Assembly: GCF_009914755.1 (NCBI RefSeq) | Contig: NC_060935.1 | From: the human T2T-CHM13v2.0 reference genome, Homo sapiens | Direction: 5' to 3' (one strand) | DNA: 64,000 bases | Shown here: positions 1 to 10,939 of the stretch, piece by piece | Layout: every line of letters begins with the position of its first letter | How positions within the stretch are numbered: position 1 is the stretch's first letter | The notes under the pieces: model-generated | Database searches by the model: none | Seen by the model: the letters and a program-made list of their open reading frames with translations, nothing else | What the model was told of the DNA's origin: nothing | Made by a program: the position numbers and the translations under genes

Positions 1-1369
1 GAAAAAAGTCGAATGGCTGATCTGCTTGTCTGGACGTGGAATGAGAGTCAGGAAACTCTGATCTCAGGACCAGACTCCTTACTGACTATGGGATTTGGTA
101 AATCATCATACCCTTCATCCTGGAAACAGAACTGACATCCTAACGCAGAGGCTGGGGTATGCATTTGGTGTTAGAAGGGCTGAGCTTGAGATATGGTTTC
201 ACTGCCAAGTGACACCATGAGGTCACAAATTTCCCTTCTATGGCTCCACTGTCCAGTGACTTTTACTTGTTGCTCTTTTACTTTTCTGTGGTTTAATATT
301 CTACTTCCCAATTCAGATATTGAGAGAAAGTGTTAAATGGCTTTTGCTTGGTCTAGTCCTTTCCCTTTGATGCTATAATGCAAACAGCTTTATGGGCTCT
401 CTGCTGGGTGCTGGGGAATGTTCTGGGCTGCCATCTGGAGGGCAACTGTTGAGGTGCACCTGGTCCCTCTGACTTGGGTGAAGAGGTGGAAGGTGACATA
501 CTGCCACCTAGTGTCCAAGTGTCCATAATGCCTAGGGACATTACAAGTCTTGATTAGTAACATACTATCCTGTAGTCTCCGAATAACTACGTGAGCTAGG
601 CAGTGGTTACTGTGATATGAGTTTTGTGATTCTTATTTTACAGATGAGCGAATGGGTCCTAAAAGCCACATAGTCAGTGGAAGAGCTGATCCTGGAAACT
701 GGCCCCACTGACTTCATCGTATCATGGTTTAGGTCCTGCAGTATGTGGCTGCCTGCTGTGCAAATGCATCAGATGCATACCCAGCTACGTACCTAATTGT
801 TGAGGTGCCTCAAGTTGTGTGTGTGTGTGGAGGAGGGGGATAATGGGAAACAGTGGATGACTGAAGGCTGAATCTGCAGTTATAAAATGAAAGAAAATAA
901 TGAATATAATAAACGAAATTGGGATTATGGTATTTAAACATCTCATCAATCAGTCATCAAATGTTCAGCCTAGATCAGTAGAATTCCTGGATGCTTCAGT
1001 GAGATAGGTATTCAAGACCACTTCAGTGTGAATAGTCTAAACAATAATGCCAATGGCTTCCAAACGTCTACAGTGGTAGTTGCTGCTTTTGGGGTCTCAT
1101 TTCCCCATTAGCACTGGACTGTGAAACAATGGCTTACATCTGTAAAGGGATCAATGCCTCTATTCAGAAATCACAGGAGCTCAACGCAGGAATAAAAAGT
1201 GATCTTTATTCCCAAGTGTCAACTCTAATTGATTGGCAGTGGCTTTTTGGAGAACTGGACTGCACTGAAAAGGACTTGAAGGGGTTTGGAGTAGGGAAAT
1301 ATGCCATTAACTGGTTAGTGATGTTTGCCAGAAGGACTAGGTTATGGAGTTTATTAGGGCAGGACTGGC

Positions 1370-1452
1370 TTATGCCTGTTGTATTTCCTGGTCTGTTCCA
1401 ATACCTAGAATGGTGCCCAGCACATGGCACATAAATATTTGTGAAAGGAATG
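1370..1452 (+). mobile_element. L2 3' end fragment
   Basis: cctagaatggtgcccagcacatggcacataaatatttgtgaaaggaatg resembles the L2 terminal consensus. Confidence 0.6.
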
Positions 1453-1873
1453 AGCATTGGAGGAGAGGAAATGATGCTATGAAAGCTAAGCGTTTGCCAT
1501 CCCTGGTAGAGATCAGGGAAGAATGAGAAATCCTAGGAAGCCCTGCAGAATAGTCTTTTTAGGTGTTGGGTCTACTTCTTATCTCCAGCAAGTTGCTCCT
1601 AGATCCCTACCTTGTCCTTCCAAGCCAAGGGAGGAGCAGCAGCTGGAGGTGATATTACAAAGTGCCTTAAGGTACTCCTCACGTAAATCTGGTGCTTTGA
1701 ATATTGATGCTGCAATTGTTTTGCTACTCCTTGCTTGCAAGCTCCCTGGTTCCTTGTTCTCTCTTTGCATTTTGGATTCCTCCAATCTCTCTGGCTCTTT
1801 AATATGACACTCCCTTTACTCTTACCTGATTACCCTGTTCCAGCCCACAGTGAGGCCTGACCACACTACTAGA

Positions 1874-2095
1874 AATAATAACAGCCATTTATTTAACAAA
1901 TGTTTACTATGATCCAGGCGTTATACTTTATATATCATATGTCATTTAATCCTCACAAGTGCCTAACGGGATAATGACTTATTATTTGCTGATGAAGAAG
2001 CTGAAGCACTCAGACACCAACTTGCTTAAGGCCACACAGTGAGTAAATGGCAAAATTCAGGGCTTTCTGACTTCAGAGCCCATATGCTTGACCAT
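1874..2095 (-). mobile_element. MIR SINE
   Basis: Reverse-complement MIR core (catttaatcctcac...gatgaagaagctgaagcactcaga...ggccacacag...ctgacttcagagcc). Confidence 0.8.
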
Positions 2096-2792
2096 TATAT
2101 GATACTGTTTATGAGCTCACACTGAGCTGTTTGGTCTTGATCCATGGCTAGACTCTGATCTCTGAGAAAGTTATGAATGACCCTCCAAACCATGATACAG
2201 TCCCCCTTGTGCTGGTAAGTAATGCATCTACTCAGAGCTGACACATCTCCTTTTGTCGGCATGCGGAAGCCACTCTGGACAGCTCACAAACTGTAACCCC
2301 CCCTAGATTCTGTGCCTGTGCTAGAAATGCATCTGCTCAAACAACAGGCATCCCTGGCTTCCCAGCCCTCCTAAGCAGAAATTCAGTACTTAACAGCCTC
2401 TTCTAATCATACAGTGTGTCCAAGGACATCCTAAGTCATTATTATTGTGCTTTCCAGCAAATCTAATTAAATTCTTGTCTAATTGTTGCCTGTCAGTGCT
2501 TCAGTGTTCTCCTTCAGGAAGCCAATCAAGGGACTTTTGCACAATCACCTTTGGAAGTGAATTTCAGTTCTTACCAACTTTGGTAGCAAATTCCTCCTTA
2601 TATCTAGTTCAGATTACTCTGGACTTTTAGGGCCAATTTTTCCTCATGTTACTTTGCTACAAAAAGGAATGCTACTGATCTTCACCTCCTTTTCATCCTT
2701 TATGGAGATAAAGATCTCAGCTTGCTTTCCTTTGCCAAATTTTTAAAATAAGAAATCTTTTTTTTTTTGCTTAATCTTTTATTTTAGAGTTG

Positions 2793-2850
2793 TGTATTGA
2801 TTTTCTATGACTGCCATAACAAATTATTACAAACTCAGTGGCTCAAAATT
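2793..2850 (-). mobile_element. MLT1 (MaLR) LTR terminal fragment
   Basis: tgtattgattttctatgactgccataacaaattattacaaactcagtggctcaaaa is a typical MLT1 terminus; it does not resume after the Alu. Confidence 0.6.
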
Positions 2851-2852
2851 TA

Positions 2853-3118
2853 GGTCAGGCATGGTTTCTTATGCCTGTAATACTAGTACTTTGGGAGGCT
2901 AAGGTGGGAGGATGGCTTGAGCCCAGGAGTTCGAGGCCAGTTTGGGTATTAAAGTGAGACCCTATCTCTTAAAAAAAAAATAGCCAGGCACAGGGGTATA
3001 GCTTCAGCTACTTGGTAGGCTGAGGTGGGAGGATCGCTTGAGCCCAAGAGTTTGAGGTTGCAGAGAGCTATGATCGCATCACTGCACTCCAGCCTAGGTG
3101 ACAAAGCGAGACCATTTC
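2853..3118 (+). mobile_element. AluJ, no poly(A) tail
   Basis: Dimeric Alu with J-type gggaggatcgcttgagccc; ends at gagaccatttc with no A-tail or TSD. Confidence 0.9.
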
Positions 3119-3231
3119 AATTGGGGTTTGAGGTGATGATTCGAAATCTACTCCTGAAATAATGAAAGGTTGCATTTTATAAAATGTTCTCATTTTCAAG
3201 GTATTTCCAGTTTTCCCTACCTATGGTAGCA

Positions 3232-4030
3232 AAATATAGTGCTTAAGAAGCTTGGGTTTTTAACCCAGTTGGACCTGGTTTCAAATGGTGTTTCCACTAC
3301 AAACTTACTGTGTAACTTAGGGCAAGTGGATTAGCTCCACTGAGACTCAGTTTCCTAATCTATAAAATGGTATTGATAATAACACTTGCCTACATTGATA
3401 AGGCATGTTTTGGTTTTGCACAAAACCAAAAAATTGAAATCAAATTATTTGAGCAATAAAGTCCAGGAGCCATAGTAGCGTAAGGCAGTGCTTGGTCTGG
3501 GATCTTGAGCCCGTTTTCTCATTCTTTACTTCTGTGCTCTGTGTCCTCATTAATGGCTCTCAACTTGGAAGGATATCTTCTGATGTGCCCAAAGTGTCTG
3601 CTGGCACATAATGGGGCCATGTGCTCCATGTTCAAGCTCTGCAGGAATGAAAGAGATGATCTCAACATTCATGGTGAATTACTGAGGTTTCTTCTGACTG
3701 TACTGCTGAGGTCTTGTCGGCCCAATCAGAGAACCAACCAGTCACTGTGGTGAGGAACAGAGGGTGTGTAAACTGATTAAGCCAATCAAGATCCACCCCT
3801 GGAACTGGGGTTGAGGTCATTGCCACAAAACCACATGAGGGCAAATGGCAATGAGGGGTTGCTTTTCATAGGGAAATTTAGAGCATTATCAGGAGAGAGG
3901 GGGAATGGATGCTGGGTAGCAAATAGCAGCAGGTGTGTCCAGTTGGCTCCTTCTCATGAGATAATGAATATAAAGTATTTATTACAATCCTTGGCATGTA
4001 AGAAATGCCCAGTAAATATTAGCTTATTTA
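3232..4030 (+). mobile_element. MIR split by an MLT1K/L-like LTR (MIR parts about 3232-3392 and 3950-4030)
   Basis: MIR 5' part and core (ctcagtttcctaatctataaaatgg) end near 3392; the MIR 3' tail (cttggcatgtaagaaatgcccagtaaatattagc) resumes near 3950. Confidence 0.7.
3393..3945 (-). mobile_element. MLT1K/MLT1L-like MaLR LTR
   Basis: ccagtcactgtgg...gattaagccaatcaagatccacccctggaactgggg...gggaatggatgctgggtagcaaatagcagcaggtgtgtcca. Confidence 0.65.
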
Positions 4031-4350
4031 CTTATTATTTTTCTACCTCTTAAGTGCGTGTGTACTCTTAGAGTTGTGTTTTGGTTTTCTATGACTTCCA
4101 TAACAAATGACTACAAACACACACTATATATGTGTGTGTGTGTGTGTGTGTATACACATACACTTAAGAGGTAGAAAAATAATAAGTAAATAAGCTAATT
4201 TTCTTCTACCTAAGTGTGTGTAGAAATAAATACAATAAATAAATTATTAAATAAAATAAGCTAATATTAGTGTTTTACCTCTTAAGTGTGTGTGCACACA
4301 CACACACACACACATATATACATATACACACACCTAAGAAGTAGAAAATA
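4018..4350. repeat. Complex inverted-repeat patchwork with (TG)n and (CA)n
   Basis: 4018-4056 is the exact reverse complement of 4161-4199; further partial copies lie at about 4204-4222, 4255-4268, 4275-4292 and 4325-4350. Confidence 0.9.
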
Positions 4351-5186
4351 CACATTCCCACAAATGATATGTGTACATGTAGAAAAAGTAGAAAGTACAG
4401 ATAAATAGAGCAAGCACCTTTTATTGCTTTTATTGACAGCATTCCTCTTGTGGGAAGAGGGCTCAGGACAGCCTTTTTGCTGATAGGAAACTGAGACCCT
4501 TAGTGGAAAGAAGACTTGCCAAAGTTCACTTAGTGGAAGGATGGAAGCCAGACCCTAGGCCCCTTGGCCCCCAGCCCAGCTGTCTTTTTCTCTTGATTGC
4601 CTTGCTTTCATTAGCTGTGCTGCCTTTTCCAGGTGCCTTTCTGGAGCTGGACTTGGCAGCTAAACTGACAATGATGTATGTCCCTAGGAGTCCCCAGGAA
4701 GGGGACTTTGGAGCCACTATAAACACGCGGGGTAAGGACAGCAGCTACATCTGGAAGCCTGCAGAAGCTTCCATTCCAGGAAGTGCTGTCTGCTACGCTG
4801 TCCCTGTGTGTACCCCTTTTGCTGTCATAGTCTGCTTCAAACCTGTCAAAACATGAAAAACTGCCTATTAGGAGGCCGCTTCCAGCTGTTCTGTTCTATG
4901 CTCACTTTATAGCAATTTCCTCCCACTTTCTCCAAATGTTTCCATTAGGGAGGGAAGGGTCCCCAATGTAAGATTGCTCCCTGATGTTAGCAGGACACAA
5001 AATAGCCAAATGTATGTCAGAAAGCTGAAATCAGTTATTGCTGACAACAGTAATAGTGGTGTCTGGAATATGACCTAGTTTATTGCTCAGCACCTGGTCT
5101 TAGTTGATAAATTTTTTTTGAGAGACCAACTGGTCATGTAGGCATCCAAAGCAAAAAACAGCAGTGTGGTTATGGTAGGTACAAGT

Positions 5187-5220
5187 TGAGAGAGAGATAG
5201 AGAGAGAGAGAGAGAGGGAG
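5187..5220. repeat. (GA)n microsatellite
   Basis: Direct reading. Confidence 0.9.
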
Positions 5221-5262
5221 AAGGTGACAGGAGAGAGCACAGATATGCTGATTTATTACCGG

Positions 5263-5495
5263 TAACAATTGCTACCATTCATTAAGTGTCAGGCACTGGG
5301 ATATGTGTTTTAAACACATGTTCTTGAACCTTTACAACAACCATACAAAATAAATATCTTTATCCCCGTTCCAGTGATTAGAAAACTAGGGCCCAGAGAG
5401 GCTAAGCAACTCACCCAAGGTCACACAGCTACTAAATGAAGAAGCCCAATTCGGACCCAATTCTGTCTGATTCTAGAGCTCTTTATACATTATGC
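5263..5495 (-). mobile_element. MIR SINE
   Basis: gtgtcaggcactg...gaaaactagggcccagagaggctaagcaactcacccaaggtcacacagctactaaatg...tctgattctagagc. Confidence 0.85.
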
Positions 5496-6520
5496 TACTT
5501 CTTGTTTATCATATTCAGCTGGTGTCTTCTGGGTCACTTTCCCATGAAAGTACTACTAAAATGATTTCACACACACACTAACCAGTCATAGGCCTTGCTT
5601 CTCATTGGGATTAGTTTTGAGTAATGGAGGGTTCCTGTAATGGGAGTCTGGAGATGCTGAGGGGAAGGGCACGCATGCATGCTTGTGTGTGAATATTAAT
5701 TGTGTCTTTCGTAGTTGCAGCCTAGATCTGTAAAAATGTTTTATTAACTGTGGTCCTATGTCTCTGCTGGCAACCCACCGTAATCCCGAGGCAACAGGCT
5801 AGAAAGTGACGAATGAGAATAATTTCTTGATCGATGGGGCTGTTCTTTGTGGATTTAAAAGGACCTTGTTAAAATGACAGAGGCTCATTTTCACACTGTA
5901 TCTTCAATGTCTAGATAGAAAAACCCTAAAAAAATGAAACGTTCAAGATCCTTGGAGGATGGCCTCTAGAGCCAGTTTCTTTTCTGCCCCAGCACTCTAA
6001 GCCAGGCTGAGCCAGCAAAGCTCAAATCCTCAGCTGCTCACAAAATCCACTGGTGCCCGATGTAGTTCTGGACAGTTGTTCTGAAATGCCTCACCTGCCC
6101 TTTCCTTTTGCTGTCACGCATTGCTTGCAAATGTCTCCATCTCTGCTAAATAACCGTTTAGTGTTTAAACTCCTGGCATGTGCCTAGCATTGTCTCTCTC
6201 TCCTTTTGCTAATAGCTGCACTCAGTGTTGGGCCCTCTAGGGAAGTGGACAATGTAGCAATGTGCATGGAAGTTAAGACCCATCTTTGAAATTAATTTGA
6301 GGCACTGATCAAGACTTTATGCCTTAACATTTGTTTTTCTTTTCATCAGGCATCATGCCCAAATTTTTATTCTTAGCCATTTATTTATTTTAACTTTGAA
6401 CAGCTTTAATATTTGGAGAAACTTACAATATTTACATAATCCTGAGAGGGCTGACACCTAAGAGACTCAGCCATGATGCTTTTGAGAACTCCCTAAGCAC
6501 ACAGCTTCTTGGGAATTGGA

Positions 6521-6840
6521 TTTATTTTATCTTATTTTTTTATTTATTTTATTTTATTATTATTATACTTTAAGTTTTAGGGTACATGGGCACAATGTGC
6601 AGGTTAGTTACATACGTATACATGTGCCATGCTGGTGTGCTGCACCCATTAACTCATCACTTACATTAGGTATATCTCCTAATGCTATCCCTCCCCCCTC
6701 CCCCCACCCCACACCAGACCCCAGAGTGTGATGTTCCCCTTCCTGTGTCCATGTGTTCTCATTGTTCAATTCCCACCTATGAGTGAGAACATGCGGTGTT
6801 TGGTTTTTTGTCCTTGCAATAGTTTACTGAGAATGATGAT
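6521..6840 (-). mobile_element. 5'-truncated L1PA (L1PA3-like) 3' UTR
   Basis: T-rich tail, then tatactttaagttttagggtacatg...cccacctatgagtgagaacatgcggtgtttgg...gagaatgatg, close to young L1PA consensus. Confidence 0.95.
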
Positions 6841-7618
6841 CAGGTGTCTGGGACTGGGAAAAGGCACAAACAGGCATCAGGAGAGGAAGTAGAGGAAAAA
6901 GACAACAAAAGAGACAAATATCCATTTCTCAATTTTGCAGCGAGGTAACCCTTTCCCCAGCCAACAGTTAGAGGAAAGTTCCTGACCTAAGGATCCTGTG
7001 ACACAGACCCTGAGCGACTATATGGCAAATGCTGCTTTTGACAGGCAAGGCCAATGCTTCTTCACAAAGAGGTTGCACAGTTCCATCCCTGTCAGAGTAG
7101 CATCTGGAAAATGCCAACGACAGCATCCTATATATCCTCTTCCTTCTAGCTGGATGGATCCCAGAGCTAGGTGCTCACACAGGCTGGACTAGCAACTTGG
7201 TGCAACGGGAAGGAAATAATCTTTTTGACGGAGTATGAGAGGATCAAATGAAGTGAAGGATGAGACACGTTGCTGAGTCCAGGTAGAGTGGGCTCCTTTG
7301 TGAGTAACTAAGGCTCCTTGCTGCCACAAGAAGTCAGACTCTGGGCAGCCCTCCAAACCCTGGTAAGGACTTTGATCTTTATCCTAAGGAAAACAGGAAG
7401 CCATGTAAGTGTTTGGATTAGAAGATTTTGGGGAGAGTGACATACATTCAAATCCACTCAGAATATCTTACAGGGATGGTGAGGCCTCAGTGCTGCCCGC
7501 GTTTTCTATACCCCATTGGTTAGTTTTGGTTGATGCGGGTATTTGTTCTGATAGAAAAGAAGAACAGATGCAGTTTTTAGGAGGCAGGAATCAGAGACAG
7601 AGAAGTAATGCTTTATAT

Positions 7619-7790
7619 CAGTGCTTCCCAACACTTTTAACATCATTTAACATAGCACACATAATGATGATTACAATCCTATAGCATATTGGGGAAATGA
7701 AGAAGATTGCTCAGAGCCTAAGTAAGGGGCTCAACATCTGGGACACCTGGAAGCCCTTTGTAGCACAAAAGATGCCCTGATACTCTGGTT
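7619..7790 (+). mobile_element. hAT-Charlie MITE, MER112-like
   Basis: cagtgcttcccaac start; gcacacataatgatgat...ggggaaatgaagaagattgctc...ggacacctggaagccc. Confidence 0.5.
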
Positions 7791-8431
7791 TAGAGGGCAG
7801 CAGGTAGATTTTAACCCTTTCACTGCTGCTCCCTTCTTTGGACTGCACCTCTCTTACCTGCCTTCATGGTCTCAATCCATCTCTCCACAGTCTCCTTGCT
7901 GCCTCCACGAGTGTGTCCATTCTAAACACAACGTGCTGCTTTTGATTTGCCAAGTGTCTGATGGGCTGTTGACGGAAGAGACAGGCTGAAGCCAGCCTTT
8001 CATCAATGTTGGTTGTAGAAGCTGAATTATGTCTCTGCCACATCTTTGACACCTCTCTGTTCTGCAACTCCTATTGGTGGGGAATTCCCTGTTTATGAGA
8101 GACCCATGGTTCAGCCATCTTTCAATTAAACTTATTAAGAAAACAGGCCTTTGCGTTCCACTTGAGGGAAAGGGCATCTGAATCTGGAGAGGCATTCGAG
8201 GCACGAGGAAACAGTTGGTTTGAATAAGGTCACAGATTAATTAGAATTGGGCTTCATTAAAGCTGCATGAGCACCTGGACAACTTTGCCAAGACAGGGGA
8301 TCATCTGGGTATCTTTGAACAGTCCCTTTCTCTTCTGGGCACTTGTTCTCTGGTTTGGGCCTTGATTCCAGCTGCTGTGAGAGACTCCTGTGCCTGAACG
8401 TGTTTCCAAGTCAATTATGCAGGCTTCTCTG

Positions 8432-8525
8432 AGGCTGCTTAGTTTGGTTAGAGCGCTATTCTAATGAAGTCAAGGTCTGAAGTTTGCTCTCTGCATGGGC
8501 TTTAGTTTCAGTCTGCTCTGCAACC
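8432..8525 (+). mobile_element. MamSINE1-like tRNA-Ile-derived SINE head
   Basis: gcttagtttggttagagcgctattctaatgaagtcaaggtc...catgggc aligns with tRNA-Ile(AAT)/MamSINE1; the B box is degenerate. Confidence 0.65.
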
Positions 8526-8950
8526 CTGATTACCTGTTTCCTAATATGAGGAGAGAACACACTGCTTAGGGAAGGAGTGGGTATAGGAATTGGGAGCATC
8601 TTGTTCCAGCCTTCTCACATTTCTTCCTGTTGAGGCAGGCATGGATCCAGGTACCACTTAAATTACAGAGGTGTTCAGCTAGTGCATCCCTGCAGGGTCC
8701 TGGGGGCTAGAACCTTGTGAATGAATTTGACTCTGATGAGAGCGCCAACAAGGCATGCCATGAAGTGGCCAAGCTCTTCTTTCTCTTCATCAAATCCCCT
8801 TTTCCACCTGCCTCCACTTGGAAAGTTAGTTGATAAACTAATTTATACTAATCTGCAATAACCAATAGTAACTAAACATGTGCCCTGTATTGATGAGTCA
8901 ATGCATTGTTTCTAAATCAGTGATTTTCAAACCATTATGGAAGTGTGTTT

Positions 8951-9070
8951 AGGGTTGTGTGGGAGACTGACCATCCCAGTGTACGTGGAACTGGTGTTTT
9001 CCAGAGTATAGAACACACAGTGCTAAATCCTGGAAAGCCCTGGGCAAACCAGCATGAGGTGGTTAATCTA
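8951..9070 (+). mobile_element. MER81 (hAT-Blackjack)
   Basis: tagggt...accatcccagt...cagtgctaaatcctggaaagccctgggcaaaccag...ggttaatcta. Confidence 0.65.
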
Positions 9071-9092
9071 GGGATTTTAGGAGGGATGACTC

Positions 9093-9095
<3 letters not shown>

Positions 9096-9130
<35 letters not shown>
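9096..9130. repeat. (TG)n microsatellite
   Basis: Direct reading. Confidence 0.95.
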
Positions 9131-9131
<1 letters not shown>

Positions 9132-9457
9132 CAGGGTGAATAAGGTGAGGATGGCAGTACCCAGTGGTGGCTGAGAATGGGGTGCCTGCCTCTACTTCAG
9201 CCACAGAGGCAACATGTTTTATATATTTTATATTTTAAAGTTGGATGAAATTTTCATTGAAAAGCATTGGCAAAGCTGTTCTCTCAAAGAATTAAAGTCA
9301 AAAGGAATCTATCAGGAACCAGAGCAAGGGAGATGTCCAGGTGTAGAGAATTCCTGAAGTCCGCTTTTCACCAAGAAGACACCTGCTACTCTGCCAACAT
9401 GAAAAGCAGGGTTTAGCTGTTGTCACAGCAGAGAAAGGAGGGCTTATCCTTGTATGG

Positions 9458-10078
9458 AGACTAAGAGGGAAGGGACTGTTTTGAGAGCACAATAATATTT
9501 GACATTATAATTTGTGCTTTTCCCTGTATTTTCTTCTTTCATTTCCTCATTGAAGCAAGAGTCCAGGCACTAAGTTTCCTTCCCTCAGGAGAGTTTGCAT
9601 CAAGGTGCAAGGTGGAAGCAGAGGTTGCCTACAAAACACTTTTCTTCCTGGCTTAGGGAAGTGTCATCTAATCAGAGCTCAATGGTAGGAAGTAGAGGGA
9701 AGGAAGTAGGGGATGAAAGACTGAAGTTGTTATAACAGCAAGAGCCTAAAGAGATGGCAGGACCTCAGAAGACTAAGAGGGAAGGGACTGTTTTGAGAGC
9801 ACAATAATATTTGACATTATAATTTGTGCTTTTCCCTGTATTTTCTTCTTTCATTTCCTCATTGAAGCAAGAGTCCAGGCACTAAGTTTCCTTCCCTCAG
9901 GAGAGTTTGCATCAAGGTGGAAGCAGAGGTTGCCTACAAAACACTTTTCTTCCTGGCTTAGGGAAGTGTCATCTAATCAGAGCTCAATGGTAGGAAGTAG
10001 AGGGAAGGAAGTAGGGGATGAAAGACTGAAGTTGTTATAACAGCAAGAGCCTAAAGAGATGGCAGGACCTCAGAAGAC
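9458..10078. repeat. Tandem duplication of unique DNA (312 bp + 305 bp)
   Basis: Copies 9458-9769 and 9770-10074 are identical except for an extra caaggtg in copy 1; agac microhomology at 9458, 9770 and 10075. Confidence 0.97.
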
Positions 10079-10118
10079 AATAGTATTTGTGCACATGGGA
10101 ATTTGTCCAAATCACATT

Positions 10119-10133
10119 TCTATTATCTATCTA

Positions 10134-10167
<34 letters not shown>

Positions 10168-10225
10168 ATCTGTTGGTCTGTCTGTCTTCTATCTATCTAA
10201 TCATATATCTAATCTATTGCTATCT
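10119..10225. repeat. Degenerate (TCTA)n/(TCTG)n
   Basis: Direct reading. Confidence 0.85.
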
Positions 10226-10939
10226 CAAATGTAGTATGAAAGAATGAACTTGCCTTCCTCTGGAGGCTACTGGGACATCTGGCTGTTTTACTCATTCACT
10301 ACAAAAGCCCAGTCTCCCAGGTCACCCATTGTTTTCATGGCCCTTAATGACTATGTAGTTCTGAGCTAGCCTGCATACTTCCATGCCTTTTCAAACCTTT
10401 CCTTCTATTATGCTTTTGAAACTCTCAGGTTACCATGAGCTAATGCTCCTATAATCCTCAACATTTTTGAGTGTTGTATTTTTACTCTAAAGGAAACAAG
10501 CTGTCCCCTGATGATATCACTGGCTCTGCAGACTTCTTATGTGATGCTTACATCTCCCATAAATCAGAGCCTGGAAGTAGAGAAAGAATGTGTCTTTCAT
10601 ATTTCCATTTGCAGTTTCCAAACTATTTCTTCTCTATTCTTAAAAAAACCCAAACCCTCCTTCCAGTCTTAAAATAGTAGAATAAGGAAGTGTTTCTGCT
10701 ATTTACTTTAAGATTTAAGTAAAAAGAAGAAAAAAATAGAAAATGCAAGTTCCATCTTAAAAGAACATTAGGAGACATATGTAACTTGGAACCATAATAT
10801 TTGAGGAAGGGATGTCAAAAACAATAAAAGTCAAATCATGGTTCTGCTATCAAGAGAATGTGTCAATGGCTGCTGATCTCAGACAAGACTTACAGAACAC
10901 TTCTTCAAAGTTCGGAACATACCCTTAGGGGTGAAGCTT

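Noticed and set aside
1826-1868. 43-nt minus-strand micro-exon (tttctag|...cag|gtaagag)
   Set aside because: The acceptor is weak and comes from a MIR tail; such pairs are expected by chance.
8432-8510. tRNA-Ile gene
   Set aside because: The acceptor stem and T-loop/B box are degenerate and SINE-like sequence follows, so it is treated as a SINE fossil.
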